This document shows positions 1 through 5,758 of a stretch of DNA of 41,725 nucleotides, piece after piece. Position 1 is the first letter of the stretch. Every line of letters starts with the position of its first letter. Below the pieces are notes generated by a model that was not told where the DNA came from, did not search any database, and worked only from the letters and a program-made list of their open reading frames with translations. Source of the stretch: a virus. Lineage: Duplodnaviria > Caudoviricetes. Location of the stretch: IMG/VR virus record IMGVR_UViG_3300024186_000006, positions 1-41,725 of that record, one strand, 5' to 3'. The position numbers and the translations under genes were made by a program.

Positions 1-72
1 GATGGCAACGAGAGCCTTCTCCACCCGATTTGGGTCCTTCCACTTTCGAGAGCCTGTGACGAGAACCTTCAT
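1..72 (-). CDS. Partial DUF2493/SLOG-family protein (N-terminus only, runs off the window)
   Basis: Manual translation MKVLVTGSRKWKDPNRVEKALVAI matches the typical SLOG/DUF2493 start 'VLVTGSR.W.D'. The ATG overlaps the stop of the upstream gene (ATGA). Confidence 0.7.
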   Translation of the reverse strand, partial: MKVLVTGSRKWKDPNRVEKALVAI

Positions 73-497
73 CGTGAAATCACCTTTACATTGTTCGGCA
101 GAATCGAAGAAATCACTGGTTTCACCTGTTCCCAAGTCAAGCGGCCATTACCACATCCCGGACGCGGGAGAATGATAGTATCTTCGTATTCGGCGGCTCT
201 TGCGAGAGCTATTGCACTCTCTTCGATAAGCTTCAAATCCGCTGGTTCCCACCAATTGTACTTCACAGGGAACATAAAGAGGTCGAATTCGTGTAAGTAC
301 ATCAGCTTGAGGCCATAATTCTTCAGGCGCTTGCCCCAAACACCAGCAATCTCAGGGAATTTCTTGAGTGCTTCGAGAGCGCAGCCACGTCCCATAACTG
401 CGGAGCCGTTTGCTTTAATTGTGCCATTTACAGTGAGACAAATCGTGGCACCGTTCTTCTTGTAGAAATCCCAAAGTTCGCCCTGAATCTCAATCAT
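69..497 (-). CDS. Macro-domain (ADP-ribose binding/processing) protein
   Basis: Motifs 'TVNG...AVMGRGCA...FP', 'FPVK..W', 'LPRPGCGNGRL.WE.V.P' are typical of phage Appr-1-p/DarG-like Macro domains. Confidence 0.8.
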   Translation of the reverse strand: MIEIQGELWDFYKKNGATICLTVNGTIKANGSAVMGRGCALEALKKFPEIAGVWGKRLKNYGLKLMYLHEFDLFMFPVKYNWWEPADLKLIEESAIALARAAEYEDTIILPRPGCGNGRLTWEQVKPVISSILPNNVKVISR

Positions 498-814
498 GGT
501 CGCCTCGATAATAGCTGTTTGCGAGCCAATCGCTCGTACTTCTTGGCCAATAACGTAATCGCCGTTTTAGGCGCGGCCGTTGCAGGCTTGCGCTCTACTG
601 TGGGGGCGAACCAATGGCCCTCATCTAACATATCCGAAACATGAATCTCGTCACGAGCTGGTTTACCATTCGTTGGGATGGCATTTACAAGTTCAACGCG
701 ATAAATCTCGCGGAGCTTGCCTTCAATGAGCACACCGACATGGCAAGTATTCTTATCTGTCCAGCTACGCTGAGATTTGCCATCTTTACTGGTAACATCC
801 CCAAATTGTTTCAA
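494..814 (-). CDS. Hypothetical protein
   Basis: 106-aa ORF coupled by 4-nt overlaps to both neighbours. Confidence 0.6.
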   Translation of the reverse strand: MKQFGDVTSKDGKSQRSWTDKNTCHVGVLIEGKLREIYRVELVNAIPTNGKPARDEIHVSDMLDEGHWFAPTVERKPATAAPKTAITLLAKKYERLARKQLLSRRP

Positions 815-1137
815 GGTTGCACCAACGGGTCATTCACCACGGGAGCCGCAGGACGTACAAGAGCCTGTGCTTCGTTGGAGAAAACAGAGAGATTACCGAG
901 TGAATCCATTGCTCTCACAACGTAATAGTAAGTACCGGGAGCAACGAAATCTTGGGCATTGGTGTTCGCTGTGTTCAACAACAGGGAACAAGCGGGACGC
1001 TGAGTATCAGAGAAAGCGCAAGCGCCCGGTGAAGTCTCTCGAAACACCTGATATGTCACATTTGGTGTTTGCGACGGGTTCCACGTCAATGAGACAGTGT
1101 GGAGAGCGAACAAAACGAGTTTTGCTTTGAAAATCAT
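811..1137 (-). CDS. Small fibronectin type III-like domain protein, probably exported
   Basis: 'HTVSLTWNPS...YQVFR...GTYYYVVRAMDSLGN.S..SNE' FN3 pattern after a short hydrophobic N-terminus. Confidence 0.7.
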   Translation of the reverse strand: MIFKAKLVLFALHTVSLTWNPSQTPNVTYQVFRETSPGACAFSDTQRPACSLLLNTANTNAQDFVAPGTYYYVVRAMDSLGNLSVFSNEAQALVRPAAPVVNDPLVQP

Positions 1138-1346
1138 TGAGGGAGCACCACCCGAGTGTCTTTCTTAACGCAGGTAATAACACCCACGGTTTGATTTGCT
1201 GCAAGAGTCAAAACTGGTTCGTGTTCATCTTCACACTGAACTGTGAGAGAATGAGAACTGGAGCCGCAAATACTGATGCGCTCAGGTATTGGCGTACAGC
1301 CACACAGGAACAGCGCACAAGGAACCAATAGATAACGAAGTTTCAT
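1134..1346 (-). CDS. Putative lipoprotein
   Basis: MKLRYLLVPCALFLCGC: basic N-terminus, hydrophobic core and lipobox-like LCGC. Confidence 0.55.
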   Translation of the reverse strand: MKLRYLLVPCALFLCGCTPIPERISICGSSSHSLTVQCEDEHEPVLTLAANQTVGVITCVKKDTRVVLPQ

Positions 1347-1347
1347 G

Positions 1348-1563
1348 TTAGTGCCCACAACTCACGATGAGAATATCTCCGTGCTTAACAGCAGTGGGGT
1401 CTCCACCGTTCAAACAAGAGACAGCAAACTCATTGACACCGAGTTTGGAGACTTTGTAGTTCGGCTTCGGTTTTGTCGGACAGTTGGCTTGTGGACGACC
1501 AGCCCAACCAATGCCAGCCATCAACATGCAGCCAACAGTCGCGATTATCGTTTGTTTCATCAT
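1348..1563 (-). CDS. Small secreted cysteine-containing protein
   Basis: Signal-peptide-like MKQTIIATVGCMLMAGIGWA; AAGGAG RBS upstream. Confidence 0.6.
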   Translation of the reverse strand: MMKQTIIATVGCMLMAGIGWAGRPQANCPTKPKPNYKVSKLGVNEFAVSCLNGGDPTAVKHGDILIVSCGH

Positions 1564-1567
1564 AAGG

Positions 1568-1616
1568 AACTCCTTAATACAGAGTACAGATAGCCTGTAC
1601 TCTGCCGAAAGGGGTT
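1568..1616 (-). promoter_or_regulatory. Intergenic stem-loop, candidate RNase III processing or RBS-sequestering site
   Basis: Perfect 10-bp inverted repeat CAGAGTACAG (1580-1589)/CTGTACTCTG (1595-1604), an internal loop, then a lower stem that includes the AAGGAG RBS. Confidence 0.5.
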
Positions 1617-1624
1617 TCTCAAAT

Positions 1625-2104
1625 TCAGATAGAAGCTTCTAGGGCCAAAATCCCTTCGACCTTAGCGGCTGCTTCTGCTTTTACAGCGTCGTCTTGAATA
1701 CCCGCCACAGCTTCAACTGCTGCGAGGCGAGCACAAAAACAGGGTTGTTGGTGGACGCGAGGCGAAAAGCACTTGATTTTTGCCCTGCGCTTAAACACTC
1801 TCATGGATTTGCACTTCTTAATACACCAATCAAGAAGCACTTTGTACTCTTGACATTGGAAGCCTGTGATTGACTTGGAGTTCATCATCCGAGTAAACAT
1901 TCGGAGTATCAACCCACAAGAGATTTGCTTTTCAATCCCGCGACCGTCCTCAATCTTGAAGTACCCAGAGATGCGATGGAAGTCTTGCTCGAACAGAGCC
2001 AACCTACCATCGCCCTCTCCAGCCACGAGTCGATTCAGTTCAGTTTGTGCTGCGTCAAGAGCTGCTTTATCCAAATCATACAGCTCTCTCGTGTAAGCAG
2101 ACAT
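1625..2104 (-). CDS. Hypothetical protein
   Basis: 159-aa ORF, ATG start with AAGGAG RBS. Confidence 0.7.
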   Translation of the reverse strand: MSAYTRELYDLDKAALDAAQTELNRLVAGEGDGRLALFEQDFHRISGYFKIEDGRGIEKQISCGLILRMFTRMMNSKSITGFQCQEYKVLLDWCIKKCKSMRVFKRRAKIKCFSPRVHQQPCFCARLAAVEAVAGIQDDAVKAEAAAKVEGILALEASI

Positions 2105-2116
2105 CTGACCAGCTCC

Positions 2117-2299
2117 TTACTCGGGTTTGAGTTCCGCTCCAACCTGTTCAGCAGCCGAAGTAGCATACTGCTTGTACTCGGCTTCAGAGCAGGCATTCTT
2201 GAAGTCAATCAATTCACGTCCACTGACTGGCTTCGAAGAACCTACTTCCATGAACCGCTTAATCGCGGTGATGGGGCCAAGCTTTTCTTTGTCTTCGAT
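2117..2299 (-). CDS. Hypothetical protein (start uncertain)
   Basis: Open frame to 2368. An AGGAGG at 2304-2309 precedes an in-frame ATC at 2299. Confidence 0.5.
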   Translation of the reverse strand: MEDKEKLGPITAIKRFMEVGSSKPVSGRELIDFKNACSEAEYKQYATSAAEQVGAELKPE

Positions 2300-2491
2300 A
2301 GAGCCTCCTAATGAGCTTAGATAGCTCAACCTTTGGCTCGCCCACCCAAGTCCGTTAGGGGATAGCAAGCCGCAGGCAAAACTGTCTAATCATTGAACGT
2401 CGTCGTATGAGAGTCAGGTGATTACTGGTTCTTCACAGGACACCGTCCTTTCAGCTTATTCGGTATTGCTCTGTCTCACTACCATCAGAAG

Positions 2492-2605
2492 CTAGCGATA
2501 CTTGCGAGAGCGTAGCTTCCGAAGACCTTGTTGAATCTTACGACACAGGCGCAGGAGCTTTTTCGTGTGGTACTTCTCCGGCACCCCGCATATTCCGCAC
2601 ATCAT
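2492..2605 (-). CDS. Small basic CxxC protein (37 aa, not in the ORF track)
   Basis: Manual translation MMCGICGVPEKYHTKKLLRLCRKIQQGLRKLRSRKYR with GGAGG upstream; overlaps the 3' end of 2538-2786. Confidence 0.4.
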   Translation of the reverse strand: MMCGICGVPEKYHTKKLLRLCRKIQQGLRKLRSRKYR

Positions 2606-2786
2606 CGTCTTGCCTCCATTCGAGGAAGCGCCAAGAACCGTTAGCATCGACCTGATACGAGCGGTCGCTTGCCTTGATGATGGTTCCGGGAGCGTAGTGT
2701 TCCCTCATGAACGCAGCGCCAAAGCGTTGGTTCATGTGAGCGATGTGAAGCGGGTTGACACCCGCAGGAGTTTTAGTGGGCATCAA
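2538..2786 (-). CDS. Hypothetical protein
   Basis: 82-aa ORF in the coupled minus-strand operon. Confidence 0.55.
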   Translation of the reverse strand: MMPTKTPAGVNPLHIAHMNQRFGAAFMREHYAPGTIIKASDRSYQVDANGSWRFLEWRQDDDVRNMRGAGEVPHEKAPAPVS

Positions 2787-2916
2787 TCCATCCTTGAATC
2801 GCTTCAGCGAGAAGCTCTTTCCACTCAGGAGCTAGGTCGTCAGCCCTCGGTCCAATTGGTGTCTCCACCTCAATCACAGTCTGGTGTGAGACATACCACT
2901 TGAGAGAGCTTTTCAT
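2773..2916 (-). CDS. Hypothetical protein (47 aa)
   Basis: ATG at 2916 overlaps the stop of the upstream ORF (ATGA); GAGG RBS. Confidence 0.5.
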   Translation of the reverse strand: MKSSLKWYVSHQTVIEVETPIGPRADDLAPEWKELLAEAIQGWIDAH

Positions 2917-3248
2917 GCGCTTGCCTCTGGTGCCTTTGGAGTGATGAGGCGAACACAAACGCGAGCTGCATAATCGCACAGCTTCGTGTTCACTCCGTAG
3001 GTTGCCATTGTCCTCTTGATTCCATCGAAGCCGCCACCAATATCCATTGGGGACAAGGGACGAGCGCCCTCTTCCTTGCAGGAGACGGTATCTTCGGTCT
3101 GGCCCAAGAGGCTTGTGGCGTACTTACGAGCCGCCAAGCGAGCGTTCCTGACAGCATCGTTAACGCGGCCATCTCTGTAGATGGCGGCACGTTCTTCGGG
3201 TGTCAGAGTAACGTCCACTGGTGGCTGGTATTGATTGCGTTGCCACAC
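2913..3248 (-). CDS. Hypothetical protein
   Basis: 111 aa, GTG start with GAGGT RBS. Confidence 0.6.
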   Translation of the reverse strand: MWQRNQYQPPVDVTLTPEERAAIYRDGRVNDAVRNARLAARKYATSLLGQTEDTVSCKEEGARPLSPMDIGGGFDGIKRTMATYGVNTKLCDYAARVCVRLITPKAPEASA

Positions 3249-3268
3249 AATGCACCTCTGTTCCTCTG

Positions 3269-3319
3269 TTTCTCAATAGGAGACTGGGAACGGGACAAAC
3301 CCCAATCTCCCAAAGAGAA
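3269..3319 (-). promoter_or_regulatory. Long interrupted hairpin upstream of the 2913-3248 RBS
   Basis: Minus strand: TTCTC-ttt-GGGAGATTGGG...CCCAGTCTCCT-att-GAGAA, with G-U pairs favouring the minus strand. Confidence 0.5.
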
Positions 3320-3462
3320 GCGTGAGGGGATATCTAACGAGAGCGACGAAGCTCTATTCTTACGCAAGCGGTCGTACCTTCTTAGGGTATTCCTAGTAAC
3401 CCTCGTACTATCTAATCTTGAGGACCACTGGTATTAGTGCCACTTGCGTCTAAGAGCCTAGA

Positions 3463-3530
3463 AGAACTCATCAGTCTCACTTTCCAGTGAGAGACACTGG
3501 GACAGGGACAGAATCCCAGTGTTTCGTTCT
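3463..3530 (-). ncRNA. Type II hammerhead ribozyme (HHR-2)
   Basis: Minus-strand RNA: AGAAC-GAAA-CACUGGGA[loop]UCCCAGUGU-C^-UCUCACU[GGAA]AGUGAGA-CUGAUGA-GUUCU. Complete catalytic core, GUC cleavage triplet and three perfect stems. Predicted cut between 3493 and 3492. Confidence 0.92.
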
Positions 3531-3544
3531 CGTACAGCGGGGGC

Positions 3545-3847
3545 CTAGAGAGTCGAGAGCAGAGCTTCGCGTTCCTCTGGGGACAGCTTCGCAACACTGT
3601 CCTTCGCACGCTGAATGCGAGCTTCCGCATCCTGCGATTGGGGCTTGATGGAGTAAAACGATGCCTTACACTGGCCAACAAACGGGCCAACTTCGGCATT
3701 GTATTCGGGGAGTGACAGGTACTCATTCCCAGAATCCGCCTTACGCCACGCGAGTTTCTCGGCGATGTGAGCCAAGAACCCTGTTCGAATCTCTCCCTTC
3801 TGTGCTTCCGTAAGCACGGTCTTGGGGGAGTTCGATTTTTGTGACAT
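3545..3847 (-). CDS. Hypothetical protein bracketed by two hammerhead ribozymes
   Basis: 100-aa ORF, ATG with AGGAG RBS; predicted helical C-terminus (KLSPEEREALL). Confidence 0.75.
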   Translation of the reverse strand: MSQKSNSPKTVLTEAQKGEIRTGFLAHIAEKLAWRKADSGNEYLSLPEYNAEVGPFVGQCKASFYSIKPQSQDAEARIQRAKDSVAKLSPEEREALLSTL

Positions 3848-3886
3848 ACTGCTCCTAGTTCAAGGTACAGTGAGGACCCTATCAGG

Positions 3887-3945
3887 TGGACTCATCAGTC
3901 TGGGATAATCTCCCAGAGACGGGTTGAACTAACCCGTTTCGTCCA
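3887..3945 (-). ncRNA. Type II hammerhead ribozyme (HHR-1)
   Basis: Minus-strand RNA: UGGAC-GAAA-CGGGUU[AGUUC]AACCCGU-C^-UCUGGGA[GAUUA]UCCCAGA-CUGAUGA-GUCCA. Complete core, GUC triplet and perfect stems. Predicted cut between 3918 and 3917. Confidence 0.92.
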
Positions 3946-4111
3946 GTCCAATCACGAGGCGCTTGCCTGACTTGCGGCAGACGGGCGCAATGATACCGTG
4001 CTTATCGCTCCAGCGACCCTGTTTAGAGAGGGTAGCAAAGCGGCGTTTGTTCTTCAGGCCACGAGCTACACACTGCTTGAGTGTAGCGGTGGGGAAACGG
4101 AGTCGGCTCAC
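3929..4111 (-). CDS. Small basic hypothetical protein (60 aa)
   Basis: GTG one base after the TAA of the upstream ORF; the stop codon lies in the stem III/loop of HHR-1. Confidence 0.4.
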   Translation of the reverse strand: MSRLRFPTATLKQCVARGLKNKRRFATLSKQGRWSDKHGIIAPVCRKSGKRLVIGLDETG

Positions 4112-4112
4112 G

Positions 4113-4247
4113 TTAGAGGCGAACCCGCTTTCCGGTACGGCGATTCTCAAAGACATACTTGCCAGCGTACTCACCAACGAACCAGTGAGAGGTGCGAGTG
4201 ATGCCCTTGAGAGCAAAGCCAACAGCAAAGGCGTGCTCTTGAGACAT
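4113..4247 (-). CDS. Hypothetical protein (44 aa), probable first gene of the leftward operon
   Basis: AAGGAG RBS followed by ATG; MSQEHAFAVGFALKGITRTSHWFVGEYAGKYVFENRRTGKRVRL. Confidence 0.55.
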   Translation of the reverse strand: MSQEHAFAVGFALKGITRTSHWFVGEYAGKYVFENRRTGKRVRL

Positions 4248-4561
4248 GATAGCTCCTTGACCGAAGTAGAGAACAGGGTATGCCTCTGAGTGGTAGCATG
4301 GCATACAGCACCTCTTCGTCCTTCCACTTACCCCGAGGTGCAGTGATATCGAACCAAGTGATGGCCAGACAGCGAACAGAGCGGTGAATCGGCCAGCACA
4401 TCGGCTCACTTTCAGAAAAATTCTCACTTCTCACAACACTACTACTTAAGAAAAAGAAAGAAACTGCTCTCTTTCTCTAGAGATAGATAAGGCTTCCGCC
4501 TTGGGGAGGTTCGGGGTGAGAAGTACATCACCTCAGACAGTTTTATGAAAATCAGAATATC

Positions 4562-4776
4562 TAAACCCATGATAATAAAGGACTTAAGTATCATAAAACA
4601 CCCCTTTTTAGGGTCTCTACCCCTCTGATAATAAAGGACTTAATGGGTCCCCTTTCTATACAAAGAGACTCCTTATACCCCCTTATTATCAACAACATAC
4701 AAAGAGCCTCTCTATCTAGTTGATTCCTCACCATTTATTAGAAAACCGCCGTAAGTCGTTGATTCTTTTCTGGGGT
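4562..4776. repeat. Array of degenerate ~25-bp motifs in the divergent intergenic region
   Basis: Exact TGATAATAAAGGACTTAA at 4570-4587 and 4626-4643, an inverted copy at ~4675-4699, and partial copies (GTTGATTC) at ~4713-4737 and ~4752-4776. Confidence 0.65.
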
Positions 4777-4833
4777 CCCCCATAACTCCCTCGGGTCCTC
4801 CCAAACTATTTTCAACTATTTTCACTTTATGAC

Positions 4834-4862
4834 CTGACTTTTCCCCGTTTCAAACGTATAAT
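4834..4862 (+). promoter_or_regulatory. sigma70-like promoter for the packaging/structural operon
   Basis: CTGACT (4834-4839), 17-bp spacer, TATAAT (4857-4862). An AT-rich tandem AACTATTTTC x2 lies upstream. Confidence 0.6.
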
Positions 4863-4924
4863 TAGGTGTAGCGTCCCGATGGACCTACATCCTAATTAAT
4901 GAAGTCCTCCAGCCAGCTCTAAAA

Positions 4925-5371
4925 ATGCCCCGACCAGCCGAATTCGAAAATTGGCACTTGGAAGCTATCAATGTGATGGCCCAAACGGGGTGTAGCTTGG
5001 TGGAGGCTGCTACCCAACTCGGCCAAGAGGTTTCCTACGAGCAGGCAAATAAGCTGCTTCGGCGGGTTTCGTTTCAACGACTCCTTTGGGAAGCCCGCCA
5101 TAGATACTTCTCCACCCTCGGTGGAGACCCCGAGTGGAAAAAGGAATCGGCTATCGGCAAACTCCTCGTCTTGGCCTCCAAGCTCGAAGAGGATGGTCAG
5201 CACGATAAGGCTGCCGAAGTCATCTTCAAGATTGCCAAAATGAGTGGATGGGTCGGACCTGACTCCACAGTCAACGTCTTTGGCGATTTGAGCGATAAAG
5301 ACCTCAAAACCATTCGCGAACAAATTTCTAAGTCCCCCACCAAGCTGGGTCCCTCCACAAAGGTAAACTAA
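4925..5371 (+). CDS. Putative terminase small subunit
   Basis: N-terminal HTH-like segment, helical body, located upstream of TerL. Confidence 0.6.
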   Translation: MPRPAEFENWHLEAINVMAQTGCSLVEAATQLGQEVSYEQANKLLRRVSFQRLLWEARHRYFSTLGGDPEWKKESAIGKLLVLASKLEEDGQHDKAAEVIFKIAKMSGWVGPDSTVNVFGDLSDKDLKTIREQISKSPTKLGPSTKVN

Positions 5372-5374
5372 AAA

Positions 5375-5758
5375 ATGAGCGTTACCCTTACGTGCTCAGG
5401 CACAAACTCTGTCATTGACTCTTCTTCGGGAGCAATCGCCTTCCAGAAGGGTCTTTCCGCCGCTTTCGTCGGTTCTGTGTTCTCGGAAGCTCAGACCGTG
5501 ACTGTTTCGACCTCTCCGGTGTCTATCGCTCTCCCGATTAGCCCGACTCAGTTCGTCTACATTAAGAACGTCACCGCTACCAACAACACCCTTATCGTTA
5601 CTTGGACTCCCAATGGTGGAGCTTCCAATCCCGTTGTGACCCTCGAACCGGGTTCTTTCATCCAGTTTGTCGAAGCAACCACGGGAGCTGGTATTACAGC
5701 CCTCACCGTGACGGGTAGCGCCCCGGGTACTCTGGCAGAGTACATTCTTGGCGGATAA
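5375..5758 (+). CDS. Hypothetical beta-rich protein, possibly virion-associated
   Basis: 127 aa, S/T/V/G-rich, 'FVYIKN' strand pattern. Confidence 0.55.
   Translation: MSVTLTCSGTNSVIDSSSGAIAFQKGLSAAFVGSVFSEAQTVTVSTSPVSIALPISPTQFVYIKNVTATNNTLIVTWTPNGGASNPVVTLEPGSFIQFVEATTGAGITALTVTGSAPGTLAEYILGG

Noticed and set aside
2368-2443. Upstream extension of ORF 2117 through two TGA codons (stop-codon reassignment)
   Set aside because: TGA, TAG and TAA all end well-supported genes elsewhere, and long genes are uninterrupted under code 11.
2455-2520. Third hammerhead-like element (minus strand stem, CUGAUGG...CCGAAU)
   Set aside because: It lacks A9 and the GAAA/stem III/UH arrangement, and the upstream part is better explained by a small ORF.
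3398-3442. Resemblance to twister (UAA...GGUCCUCAAG...GAGG) or hatchet ribozyme sequences
   Set aside because: P1, the second pseudoknot and other core elements could not be built. Kept only as an unnamed structured RNA.
3775-3800. GTTCGAAT T-loop-like sequence suggesting a tRNA
   Set aside because: No cloverleaf can be formed, and it lies antisense within ORF 3545-3847.
4562-4776. CRISPR mini-array
   Set aside because: Only two exact 18-bp copies; the others are degenerate or inverted; no cas genes.
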